Below, piece after piece: positions 9,437 through 18,296 of a stretch of DNA of 64,000 bases. The notes beneath the pieces were generated by a model. The model ran no database searches, was not told the origin of the DNA, and saw only the letters and a list, made by a program, of their open reading frames with translations. Numbering within the stretch: the first letter of the stretch is position 1; every line of letters begins with the position of its first letter. The stretch is from Candidatus Latescibacterota bacterium. GTDB taxonomy: Bacteria > Latescibacterota > UBA2968 > UBA8231. The position numbers were made by a program, and so were the translations under genes. The stretch lies in the NCBI GenBank assembly GCA_965204725.1, contig OZ242005.1:3744001-3808000 (forward strand), read 5' to 3'.

Positions 9437-10280
9437 GAAGCTATCTCATAAATACCGTAGCAGTATGAGGATGCATCCGAGTTGTACAAAGCCGAGGTAG
9501 TTTTCAGCATAGTATTCGTATCGAACCACGATGCGGCGGAAGTTATGCAACCAAGCAAACAGTCTTTCTATTTTCCAGCGTCTTTTGTAGCCCCGCAACC
9601 GCCGCCCGTCCTGGGTTTTGGCCTGCGTACGATTGCGGCGATGCGGCGCGATCATCTCAATGCCTTGGTCGGCCAGGCTCGCATCCAATCGATCCGAGTC
9701 GTAGGCTCGGTCCCCGATGAGTCGTTGCGGTCGGGGCTGGACCCATCGGTTTTCCAGGGTGGCTTCTACGAGGGTGACTTCGTGCGGCGAAGCACTTTGG
9801 ATGAGTACGGCGATAGGAAGACCAGCGCGGTCTGCCACTGCCATGAGCTTCGTACCTTTGCCCCGCTTGGTCGGACCCACTTGGTCCCCCCTTTTTTCGC
9901 CGCGACAAACAGGCCATCGATGAAGCATTCGCTCACATCAAGGCCCCCGCGCTCATGCAAGTCGTGCGCGAGGGTGCGCAGAATATGTTCAAAGGTGCCA
10001 TCAGACGACCACTGTTGGAATCGACGATGGCAGGTCTGGTAGGACGGATAGCGAGCAGGCAGGTCATGCCCAGGCGCCCCGGTGCGGAGAATCCACAGAA
10101 TACCATTGAGCACCGCTCGGTTACAACGCCACGGACGACCCCGGCCATCGCGGCGTTTGGGACACGCCGGCAGCAGTGGGGACACTATCGACCACTGTTC
10201 GTCTGTAAGATCCATAAGAGATACCTCCGAAAGGGAATACCACTAACGTAGCACAGCCAGACTATTTATGAGATAGCTTC
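9437..10280 (-). mobile_element. IS5-family (IS427-like) insertion sequence, 844 bp
   Basis: Perfect 18-bp TIR GAAGCTATCTCATAAATA (9437-9454 / 10263-10280) around a two-ORF transposase. Confidence 0.92.
9446..10215 (-). CDS. IS5-family transposase in two overlapping frames (probable programmed -1 frameshift)
   Basis: OrfA MDLTDEQW...[10 protein letters not shown]; OrfB GDRAYDSD...[14 protein letters not shown]; A6G6 slippery run at 9886-9897 (minus strand). Confidence 0.88.
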
Positions 10281-10281
10281 A

Positions 10282-10929
10282 AGTGCCCAACAGGGCAAGT
10301 TCACCCTGCAACTGATCCTACGCCGCCATCTTTTGCGCCTCGGCTACCGAGTCGGTCAGATCGGCACGGAGCACCATGCAGCACTGTTTGGCATGGACCT
10401 CGCCTTTCCCATGGGCTATGCCTCCAATGTGTCGCTGCCGTTGCAATACTACGTGCCCTATCTGGACTATAAGTTGCGGCAACTCAGCCAGCAGCAGCCC
10501 GATCTCATCTTGGTTGGCTCGCAGTCGGGCACCATCCCCTACGATGTACATGAACATCGCACCTATTCTTTGACTTCGACAGCCTTTCTGTTGGGGACTA
10601 AGCCGGATGCGTGTATCCTCGTGGTCAACAGCATCGACGTCGACGAGTATATCCAAGACACCATCGACGCCCTTCGTGCGCTCGCCAAAGCACCGACGCT
10701 GCTGTTGGCTATGAGCGACCAAGAAAAGCACATCCGCGCCGCTTACGGGCGCACGTTCATCAAGCCACGTCCGATGACTGCGGAGCACATCAAACGCACC
10801 TTGGGTCGGCTCGAAGACCGCTTTGGCTTGCCGGCGGTGTCTATCCTTTCAGAGGCCGGCCAGCAGCGGATGGTGGATACGGTGGTCAACCACTTTGCCG
10901 AGGAGTCTGTATCGTGTCCGATCAACTGA
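10282..10929 (+). pseudogene. 5'-truncated DUF1611-like P-loop protein
   Basis: Frame starts at the IS end with SAQQGKFTLQL...GYRVGQIGTE, then LVGSQSG and FLLGTKPDA; N-terminal part is absent. Confidence 0.7.
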
Positions 10930-11174
10930 AAGCAGAGATTAAACACCTGATCGTCGCCGCGCTTGGATTGGACGTGGACCCGGCGGAGATTCCCGACGAC
11001 GAGACGCTGTTCGGTGGAGGCATGGACCTCGACTCAATAGCCACCTTAGAGATCATCGTCGCCGCAGAGGAGGCATTCGGCATTACGGTCGAAGATGACG
11101 AACTGACCGTCGAACTGTTTGACTCGGTAGAAGCACTGGCTGAATACGTCGCCAGTAAGCAGATGGCAGATTGA
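10914..11174 (+). CDS. Acyl carrier protein
   Basis: Acidic 86 aa with MDLDSIATLE phosphopantetheine Ser motif; GAGGAG RBS before GTG. Confidence 0.88.
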   Translation: MSDQLKAEIKHLIVAALGLDVDPAEIPDDETLFGGGMDLDSIATLEIIVAAEEAFGITVEDDELTVELFDSVEALAEYVASKQMAD

Positions 11175-11207
11175 CTCCGTGCAACGTACCCTACCCCTGC
11201 ACCCACT

Positions 11208-11813
11208 ATGCAACATTATCCTCTTGACCTCAGCCAATACTTAAATAATGACGGCATCTCTTTCGAGATCGATGTAGAAGATGGCGACTTCGATGGATTA
11301 GGTAACACCTATCCGGCTGAAAAACTACCGGACTCAAAGCAGCTCACCACCCTGTATGGGACTCCGATGCTATTTCCCGACAAATGCGACGGTGCCTTTA
11401 ATAATATCGTCCTCGAAGCCCAGCAGATTGTGGTACCTTCTGGGCACTATTCCACGTTGGCAGTTATCGGAGCTTCGGACTCTGGACGCTATGTGAACGG
11501 CGGTTATCAAGACCTGCTCGTCTTCTCGTATCGGGACGCTGAGGAATGCGCGACATTGAGATTGAAAGACTGGATATGTATAGAGGAGCAGCGGTCAGGA
11601 GGACGCGAAGCACTGCGCTGTCCCTATATGCACGGCCCTACCGGTCGCTGCGCGTTGTCTGAGCGAGGATATGAGACCTATCCGACCCTTTGGTACGAGG
11701 AAATCGAGATAGACGAGTCAAAAACGCTGGAACGCATCCAGCTACCGGACAACCCCTGTATGCACATCTTTTCAATGACCTTGATGGCGCGAAGATGTTC
11801 TCGAAAGGAATAA
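11208..11813 (+). CDS. Hypothetical beta-sandwich protein
   Basis: NNDGIS...GDFDG.GNTYPAEKLP...NNI...Q.I.VP.G.Y resembles accessory domains of some glycoside hydrolases; tightly linked to its neighbours. Confidence 0.5.
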   Translation: MQHYPLDLSQYLNNDGISFEIDVEDGDFDGLGNTYPAEKLPDSKQLTTLYGTPMLFPDKCDGAFNNIVLEAQQIVVPSGHYSTLAVIGASDSGRYVNGGYQDLLVFSYRDAEECATLRLKDWICIEEQRSGGREALRCPYMHGPTGRCALSERGYETYPTLWYEEIEIDESKTLERIQLPDNPCMHIFSMTLMARRCSRKE

Positions 11814-11814
11814 C

Positions 11815-12813
11815 ATGAAGCGACGAGCTACGTTATACCATTTAGATCGGCGGCCGATGTACTACGGCTGCGCGGGCACGACCATGGCTGCACTCCAATA
11901 CTATAATCCCGTATTGGCTGATCCGCTAGCGTACTACGCCTCTCTGCTGAGTTGGACTTTTTTCTTTGATAAAGATCGGGGTATGCCCCTCAAAATTCCG
12001 GCAAGCCAGCTCATGCAGCGGAATTTGCAGCACTTGTACGGAATTATCCAAGATGAAATCCGCGAGGACCGTTTTGACGACTTATGGCTAGCGATTGAAA
12101 GCCTGTTGGTACAAGGGCGCGTCGTCGTCGTATGGGTTGACGCCAACCATATCAACGACAACGCGTTCCATTATAACCGAGTTTCCGGGGAAGTTGAACT
12201 CATGGTCATTTGCGATTGCGACCACAGCAACGACACATTGGAGATCATCGTCAATCCTCAGCGTTTCCATGGCTCCATACCGCTTTCGTGCCTTTCAGAC
12301 ATCTTAATGTTCAATCTTGCCTATGATTATCGAGTGCCCGAACGTTTGGTCCCGTGGCCTGCAAGCCAAGGCAAACAGCTTTTGCAAGCAGACGTATTGG
12401 GAATGCTGCACGGAGGCACTAGGGGAATGGTAGAAACAGGCTTCTCCGCGATCCGTTTGTTCATAGAAGAAATGAAATCGCACACTGGTTCCAGCGATGA
12501 TGTACTGCGTCCGTGGATGCACGAAGCATTTAAGCAGTTGGCCTTTACCGGGCCGCAACGCACGGTCTTCGGCCAGACGCTCGAACGACTCGCCGATCTA
12601 CATTGTGTCCCCAAGCTGGAGACCATCGCCCAGCGTTTTCTTGCTATCGCCCAGAGTTGGGAGGTCGCCCGCAATATGTTCTTCAAAGGCTGTAAGCGAG
12701 CACCAGCCGCCATGTTGCCGCGTATTCTCAAACGAGTTGAAGCACTGCTTATCGAGGAGCAAGAACAGGCCTACATGATCCAAACGTGGCTGCAAAAATC
12801 CCCGAACCAATGA
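11815..12813 (+). CDS. BtrH-like protein (papain-like N-terminal domain plus helical C-terminal domain)
   Basis: N-terminal Cys (YYGC), GRVVVVWVDANH, C-terminal F..IA..W...R; ACP nearby. Confidence 0.55.
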   Translation: MKRRATLYHLDRRPMYYGCAGTTMAALQYYNPVLADPLAYYASLLSWTFFFDKDRGMPLKIPASQLMQRNLQHLYGIIQDEIREDRFDDLWLAIESLLVQGRVVVVWVDANHINDNAFHYNRVSGEVELMVICDCDHSNDTLEIIVNPQRFHGSIPLSCLSDILMFNLAYDYRVPERLVPWPASQGKQLLQADVLGMLHGGTRGMVETGFSAIRLFIEEMKSHTGSSDDVLRPWMHEAFKQLAFTGPQRTVFGQTLERLADLHCVPKLETIAQRFLAIAQSWEVARNMFFKGCKRAPAAMLPRILKRVEALLIEEQEQAYMIQTWLQKSPNQ

Positions 12814-13257
12814 CAACAGCAAAATCCGAGTGCGGGCGATACGCTTCGCCCATTGGCGACAAACTGAGTGCGTTGCTCTGGCCCGATGACGTGGTGCCCT
12901 TTTGGGTTGATGGCGAATTCAGCATTCCGCTCTTCCGTGGGATCCAGAACATAATGCCCGCTGTGTTGGTTGGACCGCTACATAAGGAAGTCTTCTTCAC
13001 GTGGCGTTCTGTATCAAACCTTGCAGACAAAGCTCTTTTGGGTTTTCAGTACGCTGTTATGCACCGCCGCTTTCGCGTCGCTACACGATCCTCCGGCGCA
13101 GATGACAGATGCGTTGTTGCTCGGCTTGGTTACATGCTATGTCATGAAAAAGCGCGGTTCGATTACGGAATGCTTCGCAATACATGCTGTGAATAATTTC
13201 TTTGTCTTAGCTGAGCGGATTGGATACGAATACATGACCACGGTCGCGTATCCGTGA
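12810..13257 (+). pseudogene. Frameshifted CPBP/Abi (CAAX-protease-like) membrane protein
   Basis: GPLHKEVFF then +1 shift at ~12999 into RGVLYQ...FASLH...IHAVNN; the EE motif reads KE. Confidence 0.7.
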
Positions 13258-13295
13258 TATAATCCGCGGCCCGGCCTTGAGCTGACCATGGTGTA

Positions 13296-14240
13296 TTACG
13301 AAAGCGGCCCGTAGGCGCTGAGAGCCGCGTCGTGGAAAAGTGCCCGGCACTCGTCGCCCGAAAAGCCGGTGGTCCATTTGAGGAACTTGGCGTAGAGATA
13401 GCCAATGCTAATGCCCCGCAGTTTATCAACCGGATAGTTGCTGGCAAACATGCAGCGGCTACAGCCAAAGCGTTCGATCAGCTCGTGAACGACCGCGGCG
13501 ATTTTGGCCTCTTTGGCCGCGTCTTCGTGGAAGGCGTCCCGGGCAAACCACGCCATAGACAGCTTCATATAGACATTGGGCAAAGCGGCCAGCGCGGCCA
13601 TGCCTTCGCGCCAGAGGGCCTCGTGCGCTTGGTCCTCGCCGTCGTGGAGGAAGCCGAGGTGATTGGCGACGACGCGGAGGTTGGGGAAGTCGCGGAAAAC
13701 CGCGACCGCGTCGGCCACTTGGTGGGGATTGCAGGAAAGGTCAAAGGCGAGGTTGTGGCGTTCTAACAGGGCCAAGCCCGTGCGGAAGCGGCTGCTTTGC
13801 AACACGCCATCTTCGACCTGCGGCCAAGTCAGGTCGGGGTTGTCGGGATGGTGATTGAGGATCATGCGCACACCGCGCAGACGGCCCCCAGCGGCCTCTA
13901 AGTGTTGTTCGATGGTGCGCTCGGCCGCGGCTATGTCGCGCTCCAGATGCACGTACGCGACTATGCCAAAGGGCTGTTCGGCCGCGGTCGGTTCGAGCTG
14001 GTCGCGCACCCAGCGCGTTTCCTCAACGGTATCGACGGGAACGCCGCCCGCGACTTGGCCGACGACGGTTTCGACGTGGACGCCGCTGACCCGTTGCAAC
14101 TCAGGAGGGAGCTCGCTCATGTCTTGGGCGTAATCGGCGGCTCGGTACGCCGGCATGACGGCCCCGAGGTTGGGGTTGGGCCGCTCGGCTAGGTCCCAGA
14201 GGTGGAAGTGGGGGTCGCACAAGGGGATGGGAGTCTGCAT
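13296..14240 (-). CDS. Amidohydrolase_2 family protein (sugar-lactonase-like)
   Basis: DPHFHLWD, LRGVR, NHLG, YMKLS, MFASNYPVD. Confidence 0.85.
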   Translation of the reverse strand: MQTPIPLCDPHFHLWDLAERPNPNLGAVMPAYRAADYAQDMSELPPELQRVSGVHVETVVGQVAGGVPVDTVEETRWVRDQLEPTAAEQPFGIVAYVHLERDIAAAERTIEQHLEAAGGRLRGVRMILNHHPDNPDLTWPQVEDGVLQSSRFRTGLALLERHNLAFDLSCNPHQVADAVAVFRDFPNLRVVANHLGFLHDGEDQAHEALWREGMAALAALPNVYMKLSMAWFARDAFHEDAAKEAKIAAVVHELIERFGCSRCMFASNYPVDKLRGISIGYLYAKFLKWTTGFSGDECRALFHDAALSAYGPLS

Positions 14241-14266
14241 GGAGAAAACCTTTCGCTGATAAGTAG

Positions 14267-15130
14267 CTAAGCAAACGCCGCTTTCACGGCTTGGGGCAGC
14301 GGGCAATGCGCCCCGCGGTGCTGCACCGCGCTGGCGCCGGCGGCACACGCTAAGTCTAGTGTCTGTTGCGGGTGGGTGCCGAGCAGGGCACTGGCGGCCA
14401 AAACCCCGCTGAAGGCGTCGCCCGCACCGACCGCATCGACGACGGACACAGGCGCGGGCCGGGCGGCAAACGAGGCCCCCGGAAGGTGGAGCTGAGCGCC
14501 GTCGCGGCCAAAGGTAATCGCGAGGCGGTCCAGCGCGTAGCGGGCGAGCAAGTCGGCGGGCGCGGAGACTGCGGCAAGGTCCCGCACGGCCTCCCACTCT
14601 TCGCCGTTGAGTTTGACAGTGGTCGCCGCTTCGAGACCCAAGCGCACGGTCTGCGGCGTATAGCAACCTGCACGCAGGTTGACATCGAAAAACCGATGCC
14701 GGGGCTGGGCGGCCAGCAAGTGGGCTAGTCCCGGGCGATTGGCCGGGCTGCGCTGCGCGGCCGTTCCATAGTAAATCAGGTCGATGGGCCGGTCCAATGT
14801 CGGCTTCGTTTTGATGTGATCCCAAGCCACGCCGGCGCGAATGGTGTAGGAGGGCTGGCCATTGTTGAGTGATACATCGACCGTGCCCGTAGGCTCGGGC
14901 CGATCGGCGACCCATTGCTGACCAATGTCGGTGCGCCGCAGAAAGCCCCGCGCTTGTCGCCCTAGCTCGTCCCGCCCCACAGCGCTGACCATGGCCACGG
15001 GAAAGCCGAGTTGGCGCAAGTTCCAAGCGAAGTTCAGGGAGGCCCCTCCCAAGCAGGTGCGATCGGGGAAGCAATCGTAGAGGATCTCGCCAAAGACGAT
15101 GGAAGTGAAGTGCGCTTTGTCCATTGCCAT
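14267..15130 (-). CDS. PfkB family carbohydrate kinase
   Basis: FGEILYD, GGASLNFA, FDVNLR, DAVGAGDAF; TGATG coupling to the upstream gene. Confidence 0.88.
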   Translation of the reverse strand: MAMDKAHFTSIVFGEILYDCFPDRTCLGGASLNFAWNLRQLGFPVAMVSAVGRDELGRQARGFLRRTDIGQQWVADRPEPTGTVDVSLNNGQPSYTIRAGVAWDHIKTKPTLDRPIDLIYYGTAAQRSPANRPGLAHLLAAQPRHRFFDVNLRAGCYTPQTVRLGLEAATTVKLNGEEWEAVRDLAAVSAPADLLARYALDRLAITFGRDGAQLHLPGASFAARPAPVSVVDAVGAGDAFSGVLAASALLGTHPQQTLDLACAAGASAVQHRGAHCPLPQAVKAAFA

Positions 15131-16098
15131 CACAACGCGGGAAAGAGCACATAGCCCACTGCGCTGCGCTCCAACCAGATTTTGCAAAATTCCTCGAGGT
15201 CGTACGCTCGTGCAACCTCGGCGGGCGCGGCCGGGTCGTTGACCAGCACGGTAGGCCCGGCGCAACCCCGCACGACCAGCAAATGCCCAGCCGTCCGCTC
15301 AATAGCCGCCCGGGTCAACTCGCCTGCCTCGTAGCGGACGGAGGCAATAATGGGAAAGCCTGCGTTGAGCAGCGCGTACGCCGCCGCCCAAGAGGGAAAG
15401 TGCAACAGATAGCCTAAGAGCCCTTGGCCGGCCGCGGCGTGGATATTGGCCGGCCACACGCCGTATAGTCCGCTCGGCTGGTGGTGCGCCGCTGCGATCA
15501 CGTCGTAGATGTCGGGGCGATGGCCGTAGTACGCGAGGACCATGGCGACGCTGGTCGGCGAGCAGACGCGGGAAGCGAGCGCGGGCCGCAGAGCCATCTG
15601 GCTTTGCTGTGGCACCGCGAGGGCCGTATCGCGGCCGGCGAGCGTCGGAGCGGGCACTGCGCCCTTGTGGCGCACCGAGACCGAGAGCAAGGCCGGGGCC
15701 TTGGGGGCGACGCCTTGGACGCGCAGGTGGAGGGTGACCGCTTGCAATGGGGTGCGGATGCGCAGGAGGTCGGTAGCCGCTTCGACCGCCTCGGTTGCCT
15801 CGCCGACTTCGGCCCCGAGAAACGAGCCGACCGGTTCGAGGACGGCCCGGCTGCGCTGACCCGTTTTGGTTTCGCATTCCACTGCGAACTGATAGCCCCA
15901 CGCGCCGTCGTGGACGACCGAGAGGCACGGCAGGATTTCTAGCGCACCGTCTAGCACTGCGGGTGGCAAGCCAAACGAGAACTCGTCGCCATGCCATGCC
16001 AACGGCTCGATTTGCTGGGGCCAAAGGGACGGCGGGACAGCGCGTTTTAGAACGGCCTCGTCCAGCCTGTGGGCAAACAATAGAAGGGCGTTGTTCAT
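15130..16098 (-). CDS. Peptidase C39-like family protein
   Basis: VPQQSQM...CSPTSVAMVL...GHLLVV...VNDP (Q/C/H/D). Confidence 0.8.
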   Translation of the reverse strand: MNNALLLFAHRLDEAVLKRAVPPSLWPQQIEPLAWHGDEFSFGLPPAVLDGALEILPCLSVVHDGAWGYQFAVECETKTGQRSRAVLEPVGSFLGAEVGEATEAVEAATDLLRIRTPLQAVTLHLRVQGVAPKAPALLSVSVRHKGAVPAPTLAGRDTALAVPQQSQMALRPALASRVCSPTSVAMVLAYYGHRPDIYDVIAAAHHQPSGLYGVWPANIHAAAGQGLLGYLLHFPSWAAAYALLNAGFPIIASVRYEAGELTRAAIERTAGHLLVVRGCAGPTVLVNDPAAPAEVARAYDLEEFCKIWLERSAVGYVLFPAL

Positions 16099-16154
16099 CA
16101 GATTGAAAGGGGAAGAATACACTGAATCGCTACCTGCGTCCAGCAAGCAACAGC

Positions 16155-17135
16155 CTATCCCCAGAGTTGCGGATGGGGCGGATGGAGGAGGCTGCCTTCG
16201 TAGCGCAGCCCGTGTTGCCGATCTTTTTGCAGGAGCAGGGGACCGTCGAGATCGACGAAACGGGCGCGTTGCGCCAGCAGGACCGCCGGTGCCATGGCCA
16301 GCGAGGTGGCGACCATGCAGCCGACCATCAGGTCCAATCCACACGCGCCCGCCTCGGCTGCCAAGCGCAGGGCCTCGCTGAAGCCGCCGGTCTTGTCCAG
16401 CTTGAGGTTGACGCATTCGTAGCGGGAGGCCAGCTCAGGGAGATCGGCGGTGGTGTGGCAGGATTCGTCGGCGCAGAAGGGGACCGGGTGTTCAAACTCG
16501 GCGAGCAGGGCGTCTTGGTCGGCGGGTAAAGGCTGTTCGATGAGCGCGACGCCCAAGCGAGCCAGTGCGACCGCGAGCGGCTCGACTTGGTCGGCGGACC
16601 AACCTTCGTTGGCATCGACGATCAGGGTCGAGTTTGGGGCGTTGGCGCGGATCGCGGCGACGCGGTCGAGATCGTCGCGACCGGCGAGTTTGACCTTGAG
16701 CAGCGGGCGGTTGGCGTGCAGGGCCGCGGCCCGACCCATGGCCGCTGGGTCGTCGAGCGAGAGGGTGTAGGCTGTCGCCACCGGGCGCGGTGCTACTAGG
16801 CCGGCTAGCTGGTAAGCCGGGCGGCCGCTGAGCTTGGCTTCTAGATCCCACAGGGCGCAGTCCAAGGCATTGCGGGCCGCACCGGGCGGCAGGGCGCGGT
16901 GCAATGCCGCTCGGTCGAGGTCGGCTTCCACCTGTGGGCGCAACGATTCTAACGCTTCTATGGTCCCGACCACGCTTTCGCGGTAGCGGGGATAAGGGAC
17001 GCATTCGCCGCGGCCAACGCAGCCATCGCGGCTCAATTCAACGACGACGACCTCGGCGGTAGTTTTGACGCCGCGCGAGATGGTGAAGGGCTGGGCGAGG
17101 GGAAAGTGCTCGCTGCGCACGGAGAATCGGGTCAC
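16155..17135 (-). CDS. dgcA: N-acetyl-D-Glu racemase / L-Ala-D/L-Glu epimerase (enolase superfamily)
   Basis: FTISRG, KVKL, DANEGW, EQPL, ADES, KLDKTGG, DLDGP. Confidence 0.85.
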   Translation of the reverse strand: MTRFSVRSEHFPLAQPFTISRGVKTTAEVVVVELSRDGCVGRGECVPYPRYRESVVGTIEALESLRPQVEADLDRAALHRALPPGAARNALDCALWDLEAKLSGRPAYQLAGLVAPRPVATAYTLSLDDPAAMGRAAALHANRPLLKVKLAGRDDLDRVAAIRANAPNSTLIVDANEGWSADQVEPLAVALARLGVALIEQPLPADQDALLAEFEHPVPFCADESCHTTADLPELASRYECVNLKLDKTGGFSEALRLAAEAGACGLDLMVGCMVATSLAMAPAVLLAQRARFVDLDGPLLLQKDRQHGLRYEGSLLHPPHPQLWG

Positions 17136-18130
17136 AGGGCATCAACCAAGCGCGCGGCCCCTTGGCGCAGCGGATCAACGGCGGGCAGGCCGGCTTGCTG
17201 TTCTATGGTCCTGAGCAGGTCTAAGGCGTGGTTTTCCGGCAAGTGCGAGGTGTTGACTGCAATGCCAACGGTGCGGCAGGCCGGGTTGGTGAGCCGGCCG
17301 CATTGCTCGTTGAGGCGAATGCAGTCGAGCAGATCGGGGAGCCGGTATTCGGGCAGGCCGCGCATGTGGGGGCGGTTGGGATCGTGGCAGAGGACGAGCG
17401 CGTCGGGCTGGGCACCGTGCATGAGGCCCAGCGACACGCCGGCATAGGAGGCGTGGAACAGCGAGCCTTGGCCTTCAATTAGGTCCCAGTGCTCGGGGTG
17501 GTTGGCCGGGGTCAGGAGCTCGACAGCCCCAGCGAGGAAGTCGGAAACTACAGCGTCCACAGCAACGCCCGTCCCGGCGATGAAGATGCCGGTTTGGCCG
17601 GTGGCGCGAAAGGTACAGGCCATGGCTCGCGCTTGCATCTCGCGCTCAATGGCCAGCGCGGTAAACATCTTGCCGACCGAGCAGTCCGTGCCAACGGTGA
17701 GCAGGCGTTTGCCCGGGCGTTTGACGCCGGTTGCAATGGGGAAATCGCGGTCGGAAAAGCGCGCATCCACGAGGCGAGTGCCCTTTGCGCGAGCGCGGTC
17801 GGCCAAGCCGGGGATGGTGCCAAGGCGGGTGTGTAGGCCACTGGCGAGGTCGTAGCCGAGGTCAATGGCCTGCAAGAGGGTCTCGCGCCAGAGGTCGGAG
17901 ACCATGCCGCCGCGATTGACGACGCCGATGATGAGGGTGCGGGCACCGGCGGCTCGGGCTTGGGCGAGGGTTTGGTCCGGTAGGCCGAGGTCGGCGCGGC
18001 AGCCCGGAAGGCGAAGCTGACCAAGGCATTGTTCGGGACGCCAATGGGCGATGCCAACGGCCGTTTTGGCGGCTAGCTGGTCGGCAGCATCGCCGAGGAA
18101 CAACAGGTATGGGGGCGCGAGTTGGAACAT
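17132..18130 (-). CDS. dgcN: DUF1611 family protein / D-glutamate N-acetyltransferase
   Basis: PYLLFLGD, AAKTA, VGTDCSVGKMFT, ATGQTG, EGQGSLFH; overlaps dgcA. Confidence 0.85.
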   Translation of the reverse strand: MFQLAPPYLLFLGDAADQLAAKTAVGIAHWRPEQCLGQLRLPGCRADLGLPDQTLAQARAAGARTLIIGVVNRGGMVSDLWRETLLQAIDLGYDLASGLHTRLGTIPGLADRARAKGTRLVDARFSDRDFPIATGVKRPGKRLLTVGTDCSVGKMFTALAIEREMQARAMACTFRATGQTGIFIAGTGVAVDAVVSDFLAGAVELLTPANHPEHWDLIEGQGSLFHASYAGVSLGLMHGAQPDALVLCHDPNRPHMRGLPEYRLPDLLDCIRLNEQCGRLTNPACRTVGIAVNTSHLPENHALDLLRTIEQQAGLPAVDPLRQGAARLVDAL

Positions 18131-18296
18131 GGAGATAAGATAGGAATTGCGGCAAAACGCGGATAGCGCGGGGTTTCCGCAGAGTGTACCTTATTGACAA
18201 GAGCAAGGTGGATTTTCCCCGTGCCCGAGCGCATGGGGTATTCGCCTGATGCGGTTTTTCCGCACTCCATAAAATGATAACTCTTAGAAATAGACC

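Noticed and set aside
14241-15302. Long N-terminal extension of the 668-aa ORF
   Set aside because: It overlaps pfkB in another frame; the amidohydrolase starts at 14240
18210-18246. TTCCCCG...GGGG hairpin resembling a type I-E CRISPR repeat
   Set aside because: Single copy, no spacers, no cas genes
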